NCBI GenBank assembly: GCA_965214095.1
Contig: OZ243938.1
Coordinates: 1,856,001-1,920,000 of the forward strand
Direction: 5' to 3'
DNA length: 64,000 nt
Source: Candidatus Poribacteria bacterium
Lineage (GTDB): Bacteria; Poribacteria; WGA-4E; WGA-3G
Every line of letters starts with the position of its first letter. Positions within the stretch are counted from its first letter, which is position 1. Below are positions 9,342 through 18,651 of the stretch, one piece after another. The notes under the pieces were generated by a model, which was not told the origin of the DNA, did not search any database, and saw only the letters and a list, made by a program, of their open reading frames with translations. The position numbers and the translations under genes are program-made.

Positions 9342-10484
9342 ATGAAAACGAATTCCGAAAATGGAGGAAAAGTTTTGCACAAATTAACAATTTACCCGTT
9401 GGGAAACGCTGATTGTTGCTTAATTGATCTTGAAAATGGTCAAAAGATACTAATAGACTACGCCAACGTAGGTAATTCAGAGGACGATGATGATTTACGG
9501 ATTGATTTACCTAAAGCACTAGGTGAAGATCTTGAGGATACAGACAAGGATTTTTTTGATATAGTGGCATTTACACATGCAGACGAAGATCACATTAAGG
9601 GGTTTTCTGAGTTCTTCTATCTGGAACACGCACAAAAGTATCAGAGCGATGATAGGTTTAAAATCAATACACTTTGGGTCCCCGCAGCAATCATTCTTGA
9701 AAAATCACCTTCCACAGATGACCATAAAATTTTACGGGCAGAAGCACGGCACCGACTGAAAGAGGGATCTGGAATTCGTGTCTTTTCTAAACCTGAAGCT
9801 TTAGAGGAATGGCTGGAAGAGCAAGATTTGAGGTTAGAAGATCGAGAGGAACTAATCACGCACGCTGGAGTAACCGTCCCTGGATACAAAAAGTCATCAG
9901 AGGGTGTTGAATTTTTCGTACACGCGCCTTTTTCTGATAGCATTGAGGATGATGTAATTGAGAGGAACGATGCAGCACTTGTAGTTCAAGCCACTTTTCA
10001 ATGTGAAAATGTTGAAACTCAATTGATTCTAGGGTCAGATATTACTCATGAAGTCTGGAATGATATTGTCCGAGTAACGCAACATTACAATCGAGATGAC
10101 CGGTTGAAATGGGACATATTTAAAATCTCACATCATAGTAGTTACACAGCACTGAGCGATACAAAAGGGACAACGAAAACTACCCCTGTGGAAAAAGTTA
10201 AATGGCTATTTGAACAAGGGCACGATAAGGCAATATTAGTTTCAACGAGCGATCCGATTCCATCGGAAGATACAACTCAACCACCACATCGGCAAGCATC
10301 AAACTATTATAAAGACGTTGTTAAGAAAATTGACGGTGAATTTAAGGTGACAATGGAACACCCGAAAAAATCCGAACCTAAACCACTTGCCATTACTATT
10401 GACAGTTCAAAAGCAACAATAGTGAAACGAAGTACAGGCGGTACTAATAATATTACTAAGCAACGTTCTCCAAGATTTGGATAA
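9342..10484 (+). CDS. Metallo-beta-lactamase-fold hydrolase (ComEC/Rec2-like) with flexible tail ending RFG
   Basis: GNADC, LIDY, THADEDHIKG, GSD and KISHHSS motifs; probable TTG start at 9375 after GGAGG. Confidence 0.85.
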   Translation: MKTNSENGGKVLHKLTIYPLGNADCCLIDLENGQKILIDYANVGNSEDDDDLRIDLPKALGEDLEDTDKDFFDIVAFTHADEDHIKGFSEFFYLEHAQKYQSDDRFKINTLWVPAAIILEKSPSTDDHKILRAEARHRLKEGSGIRVFSKPEALEEWLEEQDLRLEDREELITHAGVTVPGYKKSSEGVEFFVHAPFSDSIEDDVIERNDAALVVQATFQCENVETQLILGSDITHEVWNDIVRVTQHYNRDDRLKWDIFKISHHSSYTALSDTKGTTKTTPVEKVKWLFEQGHDKAILVSTSDPIPSEDTTQPPHRQASNYYKDVVKKIDGEFKVTMEHPKKSEPKPLAITIDSSKATIVKRSTGGTNNITKQRSPRFG

Positions 10485-12729
10485 TATTTCTATGAAACAA
10501 GAATTCTGTAAAATTGATGGCGAAGTTGTTTCTATTGATGATGTTAATATATCAAAAGCAAAGGACTTCGCCAATTCAGTCATATCTTCGACTTTCGCAC
10601 ATTTTATTGAGTGTAGACGAACAAATGCTAATAATGAGATCATCGTTTTCAACGCTGAAGTCGAAATTGGTCAAAAGACCGTATACGACATAAAACCTCT
10701 TGAAAGAATCGCGGTTGAGTTTGATGTATCTGATAACTTCATGCCAGAAGTGTTAGCACTCCGTAAGAACTTTCCCTCCGTGCCACATATTAATCTACGA
10801 TCTAGAGAATTTCCAAGAAGTTTGTGCGTAACAGAACTTCCATACAGTGAGTTAAAACTGCAATGGACTGGAATAACTTTTGTTGAAGACATTAGAAGAT
10901 GGTTGGCAGAAGCAGCCAAAGATACTCTTCATGCTGAAGACCAACCCTTAGAGCCACTACTTGGGACGGCAAAAGATATTATCGTTCTTCCATACGATTT
11001 GTTCACAAGAGGCAGCATTTCTGAGCCACTGATTATTCCCATAGAAAATAAAATAAACGGACGCAGTATATATATTGCAGAACGTCACGTTGATATAGAC
11101 CAGAATCCATTAAAATATGTTGCAACTGGCTTCCTAAGCGACTGCTTAACCCATGGCATTATTAGTAAGGAACCAGCGAATCTGTACGAATTACACCAGT
11201 TTTTAGAATGTGGTAATCTCGATCTATTAAAGGAGATACAACAGCGTTTACACAAGTGGAGAAATGACATAAGAGCAGACGATATCTTATCTGCAAAGCT
11301 AATCCTGATTGTAGAACTACCGAAATCAAGGTACAGAAATACCTCACAGGAAACCACCGAGTACAAAGCTTTTTTAATTCAGAAATCGATAGAGGAAATT
11401 GGTTGCGAACTTGGTTTGTGGACAGCACATGATGGTTATGCTGTCCCGATTCTCGGTATCAATCAGCTTGAGAAAGGTGATACCATTTCAGTAGACATGC
11501 TTAATCCTGTCTTCTCACTTTCAAGTGAATTTGCTGCTCAACTTAATGGTTTTTCTTCAAGATCTAATACAAAAATAACTGCAGTTGGTTTAGGTGCTCT
11601 TGGTTCACAGGTTTTTATGAACATGGTTCGAGCTGGTCAAGGTCAGTGGACATTGGTTGACAAAGACATCTTGCTTCCGCACAATCTCTCTCGTCATGCC
11701 CTTGACGGTTTTTCTATTGGTTTCCCTAAAGTTCACGGTCTCGCTGTAAAAGCGAATAAAACAGTAGACGGGAATCCAATTGCTGACTGGATAGCTGCTG
11801 ATGTAATAAATCCTTCAGAATCTCAAGAAAACCTGCAAAAAATGAATGGAGCATTTAGCACGGCTGAAATTATCTTAGATGCTTCGGCTTCGGTACAAGT
11901 TGCACGATATTTAGTTTATAATGTTGATTCATCAGCTCGACGAATATCGATATTTCTGAACCCGCAAGGAGCAGATGTCACCTTATTAGCGGAAGATATA
12001 CAACGGAGCGCCACACTTGACTCTATAGAGATGCAATACTACCGACACCTTATAAATAATGACTATTTGGCAGATCATCTAAAGAGGAATGGTGAACGTA
12101 TTCGTTATGCGACTTCATGTCGTGATGTTAGCTATACTATTCCACAAGATTTTGTAGCACTGCAAGCCGCAATATGTAGTCGCGCAGTCCATCAATTAAC
12201 GTCTAATGATCAGGCGTTTCTGTCAATATGGCGAACTGACGAAGAACAATTCAGCGTGAAAAAATACTCATTCACTGTGAAAAAAACTATTAATTCTCAA
12301 AAAGGTGAATGGACATTATGTACCGATGAGGGATTCATCAAAAAAGTTCACGATGAACGTGAAAAGAAACTTCCAAACGAAACAGGAGGTGTGTTGGTTG
12401 GATCGTATGATATGCAGCGGAAAATCGTCTATGTTGTCGATTGTCTACCTTCTCCCTCAGATAGCGAAGAATGGCCAACTCACTATATTCGCGGCTGTCA
12501 AGGGTTACGTTCGCGAATAGAAGAAATACAGCAGATCACAGAAAACCAATTAAGATATGTTGGTGAATGGCATTCTCATCCACCGGACTGTAGTGTTAAA
12601 CCAAGCCAAGATGATCGAAAAGGCTTCAAGTGGATATCACATTATATGAAGCAGGATGGTTTACCACCTTTGTTGCTCATTGTAGGTGATACCGAAAAAT
12701 ATGCATTTTACCTAGAAGAAATTGGTTAA
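10477..12729 (+). CDS. Prokaryotic E2 - E1 (ThiF) - JAB fusion (Cap2/Cap3-like)
   Basis: E2 PHIN...SLC; E1 GLGALGS, DKDILLPHNLSRH, DASAS, candidate catalytic TSC; JAB ETGGVLVG and GEWHSHP..PSQDD. Confidence 0.9.
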   Translation: MDNISMKQEFCKIDGEVVSIDDVNISKAKDFANSVISSTFAHFIECRRTNANNEIIVFNAEVEIGQKTVYDIKPLERIAVEFDVSDNFMPEVLALRKNFPSVPHINLRSREFPRSLCVTELPYSELKLQWTGITFVEDIRRWLAEAAKDTLHAEDQPLEPLLGTAKDIIVLPYDLFTRGSISEPLIIPIENKINGRSIYIAERHVDIDQNPLKYVATGFLSDCLTHGIISKEPANLYELHQFLECGNLDLLKEIQQRLHKWRNDIRADDILSAKLILIVELPKSRYRNTSQETTEYKAFLIQKSIEEIGCELGLWTAHDGYAVPILGINQLEKGDTISVDMLNPVFSLSSEFAAQLNGFSSRSNTKITAVGLGALGSQVFMNMVRAGQGQWTLVDKDILLPHNLSRHALDGFSIGFPKVHGLAVKANKTVDGNPIADWIAADVINPSESQENLQKMNGAFSTAEIILDASASVQVARYLVYNVDSSARRISIFLNPQGADVTLLAEDIQRSATLDSIEMQYYRHLINNDYLADHLKRNGERIRYATSCRDVSYTIPQDFVALQAAICSRAVHQLTSNDQAFLSIWRTDEEQFSVKKYSFTVKKTINSQKGEWTLCTDEGFIKKVHDEREKKLPNETGGVLVGSYDMQRKIVYVVDCLPSPSDSEEWPTHYIRGCQGLRSRIEEIQQITENQLRYVGEWHSHPPDCSVKPSQDDRKGFKWISHYMKQDGLPPLLLIVGDTEKYAFYLEEIG

Positions 12730-13903
12730 CATTAAAATGGAATGTAAAACGTCAGAAAATGATTTGAAAATAGGAATAGCCTTATCAGGTGGAGGCGTTA
12801 GAGCTTCTGTTTTTCACTTGGGGGTTCTTGGTAGACTTGCAGAGGACAAACTCTTGGAGAATATTACGCGCATTTCAACTGTATCTGGAGGAACACTTGT
12901 AACAGGGATGATTTTCTCAATCACAGGATACAAATGGCCGACCAGTGAGTTTTTTCTTCAGCAATGTCTTATCCAGGCGCGCGACTATTTTACTAAAAAA
13001 GATATTCAAACCAAGGCATTCGTTTGGGGTATTCGCAAACCGCTCTCTCTTATTCAAAAAAGAGCGAATTTAATTTCCAAAAGCATTCAAGATTGTTGGA
13101 ATATCTCAGGAAACCTTAATGACCTCCCGCTCCAACCCCGATGGACTATAAACGCCACTACGTATGAATCAGGCAAAAACTGGCGTTTTATCCCGCAGCG
13201 TAGGATGGGTGATTATATCATAAATCATGTCAAAAACCCAAATATTCTTTTAGCCGATGCAATGGCTGCCTCAGCGGCTTATCCGGGATTAATTGGTCCA
13301 CTTACCTTAGATACGCGAAAATACAGCTGGTATGAGTATGAAGGTAAAACGCAAATTCAAACTCAACCGAAATTCAAGAAACTTCACCTTTGGGATGGAG
13401 GGCTCTACGAAAATTTAGGAGTAGAACCTCTCTTCAAAATTGGAGAAAAACACAAATATCACGATGATTGTAATTTTTTGGTTGTAAGTGATGCTTCTAA
13501 TCCTATCGGCAGCAAAAGGCATACTGGGATGTTTTGGAAAAGTGCAATTCGACTTATTGACATTTCAATGGACCAAGTTAGAAGTCTAAGAACCCGCTCT
13601 CTGATAAATCACTTTGAAAATAATGTAAATTCGGGCGTTTACTTCAAAATAGGGAATACTGGGCGTAAAATATTAGAAGCAGTGGAAACAAACGTTAATA
13701 TAATTGATAAGTTAACAGAAAATAGTTTGTCACCAAGAGATGCACATTTGGCAGAAAATTTTGAAACTACCCTAAGGAAACTATCAGTAGACGAATATGA
13801 CTTACTATATCAACATGGTTGGGAGGTTGCAAACTTCACACTTCAGGCACGATGCCCAAATCTTTTCCAAAACATGTTTTGGAAACCCAACTTCTTAGTT
13901 TGA
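12722..13903 (+). CDS. Patatin-like phospholipase
   Basis: LSGGGVRA oxyanion loop, STVSGG nucleophile elbow, ASAAYP, LWDGG; start overlaps upstream gene by 8 bp. Confidence 0.9.
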   Translation: MVNIKMECKTSENDLKIGIALSGGGVRASVFHLGVLGRLAEDKLLENITRISTVSGGTLVTGMIFSITGYKWPTSEFFLQQCLIQARDYFTKKDIQTKAFVWGIRKPLSLIQKRANLISKSIQDCWNISGNLNDLPLQPRWTINATTYESGKNWRFIPQRRMGDYIINHVKNPNILLADAMAASAAYPGLIGPLTLDTRKYSWYEYEGKTQIQTQPKFKKLHLWDGGLYENLGVEPLFKIGEKHKYHDDCNFLVVSDASNPIGSKRHTGMFWKSAIRLIDISMDQVRSLRTRSLINHFENNVNSGVYFKIGNTGRKILEAVETNVNIIDKLTENSLSPRDAHLAENFETTLRKLSVDEYDLLYQHGWEVANFTLQARCPNLFQNMFWKPNFLV

Positions 13904-14204
13904 CCTTCAGTTTCACCGCCATTCCAGCCCACCCATCAGACAAACGAAACATCGGTATTTCCACGAAATTATGCAGGACAACTTGATTTGGAAGCACAAA
14001 CCTACCAGCAGAGTAAACAATCGTATCGGAACAGATTTAACAATGTTTTACCGAGTATGGTAAAGTTTAGAATTAAAGGGTATTGGTTAAATAATGATGC
14101 GGTAATTAGTGGGTACCCTCTGAACCGCTCTGCATCACATTTCAATGAGAGTAGAGTTAATGATAACATTTATGACAAAAATCGTCAATCAAACTGATAA
14201 ACTG

Positions 14205-14355
14205 GGGCGTGTAGAGTTTTTGGTATGAATATCACAGTAACCATTGTATTGCGGGTCTCCGTGCCCCGCAATTGATGGGAGGAAAGATGGCGGGGCACGG
14301 AGACCTCGCAATACAATGGATGGTCCGAAGTTAGAGCCAAGAACTTTACACACTC
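14205..14355. mobile_element. IS256-like MITE copy 1 with internal hairpin
   Basis: 21-bp imperfect IRs (GGGCGTGTAGAGTT.../...AACTTTACACACTC); 8-bp flanking repeat ATAAACTG/ACAAACTG. Confidence 0.7.
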
Positions 14356-14632
14356 ACAAACTGATTTTGTTTGACAGATGTAGCTAAAACCTACCCTTAT
14401 TGAAAACAAACTCGCTGCTCTATAGAGGACAACATGAAGAATAGCCCAAGATGTCAACACACTCACTCTGTCAGAAACGGGTTCGTCAAAACGAAACAAC
14501 GCTATAAATGCAAAAACTACTGTTATCAATAGACGCGCACAACACCACGGGGAAACCACAAGCACAGAAAACTCTTACCGTTCTCTTAAATTGCCACGGC
14601 ATCTCAATGAATGCTATCTCAAAATTTATCGG

Positions 14633-14745
14633 AATTAGTCGTTTTGGGATTAAGCATACTTATGAAAAGGCTTTAGAGACTTTTCATAAGTATGTAGCAT
14701 AAATATAGGTTTATAGTAATTTTTCAAATCCCAAAACGACTAATT
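14633..14745. mobile_element. Small MITE with perfect 19-bp IRs
   Basis: AATTAGTCGTTTTGGGATT / AATCCCAAAACGACTAATT; internal 15-bp hairpin CATACTTATGAAAAG/CTTTTCATAAGTATG. Confidence 0.7.
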
Positions 14746-15139
14746 GCGAAACTTATTAGATGCAACGTAACAACTTTGCTTCAATGGATACGCACATTTG
14801 CTAAAAAACAGACACCGAAACAAACACTCACACCCGGCACCACCGTCTGCTTGAAACTTGATGAGATGTGGCACAATATTGGGAACAAGAAAAACAAACT
14901 CTGAATATGGAAGGCACTTGACAGAAACATAGGATACCTCATTGAATGGAAATGTGGTGGTCGTGATAGACAAACCCTTGAAAAACTCACAGCAAGGATC
15001 TCACCCCTCAATGCTAAGATATATTACACAGACAAATGGCAGGTCTATGCGTTGGTTCTACCTGCTGCAAGACATGTTCAGGATAAAGCGGAGACGCATC
15101 GCATTGAACGCGACAATGGTCAAATGCGCCACTAGTTCG

Positions 15140-15326
15140 GGGTGTGTAAAGTTATTGGCATTAACTTCGGACCATCCATTGTCTTGCCAAATCAACGGTA
15201 TGAATGCGCTTATGGCATTCCCCGGGTCTCCGTACCCCGGTATCTTCAATCTACCAACAAGGGCGGGGCACGGAGACCCCGTAAGACAATGACTGATGAG
15301 ATGTGTGCCAAAAACTTTACACACTC
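15140..15326. mobile_element. IS256-like MITE copy 2 (inverted relative to copy 1), interrupting insB
   Basis: IRs GGGTGTGTAAAGTTATTGGCA / TGCCAAAAACTTTACACACTC; perfect 9-bp duplication ACTAGTTCG. Confidence 0.8.
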
Positions 15327-15635
15327 ACTAGTTCGGACGCTTCAAGCTCAAGTCCATTATTGTTTCCAAAAGCATAGAAATGGTGAATTTGACGATTGCT
15401 TGGTCCACACGATTGCATGTCAATGGCAACGTGTTTGACATTTTAAAACTCGGCGGAGTAGAAAACATGAATATCATTATTTAAACAATACCTTCTAGGA
15501 TTAATTAGACACTCTGCATCAAGCGAGGTTAAGAAACCGCCAAATCAACGGTATGAATGCTATTTAGCATTCTCTGTCTCCGTAGCGATGAAAGTATCTA
15601 TTTATTTTGAGTATTATATTACTATAAGCTTTATC

Positions 15636-17063
15636 TTACTTAACCAAAACTACCCAATGCGATTTTGTGGGTGGAGATAACGTTATGCTATCACTGAACG
15701 GAATTTTCTGTTCTTTTTTCCATTCGGCTTTTCGGATATTTAGCCATCTGATTGAAATTGTATCAGCATCTGTCTTTTCAACAGCACTAAGGTGCAACTC
15801 AACCGACCCTCCTTTAGGAAAATAGACCGCATATTCCTTTCCAAGGTTAACAAAGGCATAAGCTTCGTTTTCTTCTCTGTTGGAGAGCAGGTGATTGTGG
15901 GGATGACTCTTAAACACATCCATTTCGTCTGTGATCATTCGCATACTCTTGATATTCGCTTGCGACAGTTTGCTTAATCCGAGTCCATTAGGCGGACGGT
16001 GAGACCGCGCTGATGCGCATCCACCAAAGATATTTCGCCAGAATCGCGCCAACCCATCTTGTGTCTTACCATATTTCCCGGTGTCAGCACCGTAAATCTT
16101 AACATTATTGATGGGACGTAACGGTGAAAGATTTACTCTATATTGTTGTGCATTATCCCAATGTGTCTGGCCTCTTTGAGTGTTATTTTGTGATATATCA
16201 CAAAACGAATATATCTCTGGATGATCCTTTGTATTTCGATGTTGCCTATGATTTATTTCCCACGGATTCCACATTTCAGTCGTTTCAACACCGCGTCCAA
16301 CCTCTGCTGCTCGACTCTTGATGTAAGTTGACCAGTATTCACCCCATGCAGGCGTAACTGCAGTCTCATTGTCCATACAGTAGAGTATGTGTCCATAAGG
16401 TAGTGTCTCTGAAAGAAGCTTATCCACATATTTTTGTTGATATTTTAGGACAATTTCCTGATTGTTCTTTTTCGGCACAGACCAGAAGAAGTTATTTTCC
16501 GCTGCACTTGGATGACTGTCAACAACAGTGGGTAACTCTGTTTCCTCTGTGGTGTAATTGCTATTATTTTTCGGATTAAATGGATTGACATCCCAATAAT
16601 CTCTGTAATAGTTGAAAGTTGCCCACACTTCAATCTGAACGATAATATCCAACTCGTGAGTCCATTTGATGAAGTTACCAAAACGTGTCCAAAATTCATT
16701 GCTCCACTGATTTAAGTCATACAGATCACCGACTTTTTTAAAGGGAGGCACATCGACTGCCTCAGTCCATCCCATCGTAGACCTAACATAGTTTCCACCG
16801 ACAGACTTCAATAATTCAAGATGCTCTTTGAGATTCGGTATCTGAAACAGATTGTCATCAACTGAACCACCGAGTAGCAGCACAGGTTCGCCTTTATATT
16901 GCCAGTAACGCGGATTATCTTTATAAATCTGGATTCTGTTTTTCTCCATCTCTATATCCTCGTTGGCTTCGGCATCTGAATCCGCTGTTATGCAAACAGA
17001 CATGAATAGCAGTTGAGACAATACAAATATGCTAACTAAGAGTGGTCGGCACAGACATTTCAT
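15636..17063 (-). CDS. Secreted glycoside-hydrolase-like TIM-barrel protein with small C-terminal beta domain (paralogue B)
   Basis: Signal peptide; GGNYVRSTM, YCMDNET, C-terminal YAVYFPKGG..WLN..HWVVLV; likely ATG 17063. Confidence 0.65.
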   Translation of the reverse strand: MKCLCRPLLVSIFVLSQLLFMSVCITADSDAEANEDIEMEKNRIQIYKDNPRYWQYKGEPVLLLGGSVDDNLFQIPNLKEHLELLKSVGGNYVRSTMGWTEAVDVPPFKKVGDLYDLNQWSNEFWTRFGNFIKWTHELDIIVQIEVWATFNYYRDYWDVNPFNPKNNSNYTTEETELPTVVDSHPSAAENNFFWSVPKKNNQEIVLKYQQKYVDKLLSETLPYGHILYCMDNETAVTPAWGEYWSTYIKSRAAEVGRGVETTEMWNPWEINHRQHRNTKDHPEIYSFCDISQNNTQRGQTHWDNAQQYRVNLSPLRPINNVKIYGADTGKYGKTQDGLARFWRNIFGGCASARSHRPPNGLGLSKLSQANIKSMRMITDEMDVFKSHPHNHLLSNREENEAYAFVNLGKEYAVYFPKGGSVELHLSAVEKTDADTISIRWLNIRKAEWKKEQKIPFSDSITLSPPTKSHWVVLVK

Positions 17064-17090
17064 TAGATTGTCTCTCAAATTTGAATACAT

Positions 17091-18527
17091 CTATTTCACT
17101 TGAACCAAAACTGTCCAATGGACTTCGGTCGGTGCACTTAGCGTGATACTATCACTATAGGGAATTTCCGATTCTATTTTCCATTCGCTTTTATTGATGT
17201 TTAACCATCTGATTTTCACATTTTTAGCATCTTCCTGCTTACCAACACTCAGGTTAAGATCAACCAAACCACCTTTTGGAAAATAGACAGCATATTCCTT
17301 TCCAGGATTGGCAATCGTATATGCTTCGTTATCTTCTCGATTAGATAGCAGTTCATTGTTAGGTTCGCATGTAAAGATGTCCATTTCGTCAGTAATCATA
17401 CGCATACTCTTGAGATGTGGTTGTGCAACTTTGCTCAAACCGACTCCGCTATCCGGACGGTGAAACCGTGCTGATGCGAATCCGCCAAAGATGTTTCGCC
17501 AGAACCTTTCCAGTCCATCTCTTGTACTACCGAATCGTCCACCATTAGCACCGTAAATCTTAATATTGTTGATAGGACGTATCGGAGATAGTTCTGCGCG
17601 TATTTTCTGTGCATTATCCCAATGCTTTTGACGTTTTTGGTGGTTATTCTGCGATATATCACAGAAGGAATAGGTTTCTGGGTGGTCAAAAGTCGCTTTA
17701 TGTTTCTCGTCAGACAAGTCCCACGGATCCCACATCTCAGTGGTTTCAACAACGCGACCCGCATCAGTTGCCTTTTTCTTGATATAAGTTGACCAGTATT
17801 CACCCCAGGAAGCTGTAACAGCCGTCTCGTTGTCCATGCAATAGAGTATATGTCCATACTGAAGTGTCTCCTCAAGAAGCTTATCCACAAACTTTTCCTG
17901 ATATTTCAATACTATCTCTTGATTCCGTTCTTTAGGAACTGACCAGAAAAAGTTGTTCTTCGCTGCAACAGGATGGTCTTTGACAACAGTAGGTAATCCC
18001 GATTCTTCCACGGTGTAATTGCTGTTATTGATAGGGTTGAAAGGATTCACAGCCCACGGTTCGCGGTAATAGTTGAAAGTTGCCCACACCTCAATCTGCA
18101 CAATAATATCCATCTCGTGTGTCCACTTAATAAAGTCACGAAAACGCTTCCAGAATTCATCGTTCCACTGATTTAAGTCATATTTGTCGCCGACTATTTT
18201 GTGCGGTGGCACATCACCTTCATCGACCCAACTCATCGTAGACCGCACATAATTACCACCGACAGACTTCAATAACTCCAGATGTTCTCTCAGATTCGGT
18301 ATCTGGAATAGGTTATCTTCAACTGAACCACCAATTAGCAGGATGGGTTCACCCTTATACTGCCAATAACGCGGATTATCTTTGTAAATCTGTATCCTAT
18401 CTTTTTCCATTTCTACATCCTTCTTGGCTTGGGTATCCCATGCTACTATGGAGCAAACGGATACGAATATTAACAGAAACAACACAAGTTTGCCGATAGG
18501 CATGTGTTGACTGTATCGGCTTTTCAT
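17091..18527 (-). CDS. Secreted glycoside-hydrolase-like protein (paralogue A)
   Basis: Highly similar to 15636-17063 along the full length; signal peptide. Confidence 0.65.
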   Translation of the reverse strand: MKSRYSQHMPIGKLVLFLLIFVSVCSIVAWDTQAKKDVEMEKDRIQIYKDNPRYWQYKGEPILLIGGSVEDNLFQIPNLREHLELLKSVGGNYVRSTMSWVDEGDVPPHKIVGDKYDLNQWNDEFWKRFRDFIKWTHEMDIIVQIEVWATFNYYREPWAVNPFNPINNSNYTVEESGLPTVVKDHPVAAKNNFFWSVPKERNQEIVLKYQEKFVDKLLEETLQYGHILYCMDNETAVTASWGEYWSTYIKKKATDAGRVVETTEMWDPWDLSDEKHKATFDHPETYSFCDISQNNHQKRQKHWDNAQKIRAELSPIRPINNIKIYGANGGRFGSTRDGLERFWRNIFGGFASARFHRPDSGVGLSKVAQPHLKSMRMITDEMDIFTCEPNNELLSNREDNEAYTIANPGKEYAVYFPKGGLVDLNLSVGKQEDAKNVKIRWLNINKSEWKIESEIPYSDSITLSAPTEVHWTVLVQVK

Positions 18528-18651
18528 GGTATTGCCCCCTGAACAGAAAGGTTATTATACGAGAAATACATCCAGCAGCATATATTATAACATGCAATTC
18601 AGAACAGATTACCAACCCCTTTAATTGCGGCACACGGATATCCGTGAAAGA

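Larger units (their letters stand above)
14079..15492 (+). mobile_element. Degenerate IS1-family element (insA/insB pseudogenes) carrying three MITE insertions
   Basis: Terminal IRs GGTATTG(G/T)TTAAATAATGAT (14079-14098; 15473-15492); InsA-like PRCQHTHSVRNGFVKTKQRYKCK from 14434; InsB-like DEMWH, YTDKWQVY, THRIERDN with stops. Confidence 0.8.

Noticed and set aside
9342-13903. Calling the operon a canonical type II CBASS or Pycsar
   Set aside because: No nucleotidyltransferase (GS..DxD) or cyclase motif; the first gene is an MBL fold
14185-15438. Multiple short ORFs
   Set aside because: Explained by the IS1 relic and MITE sequences
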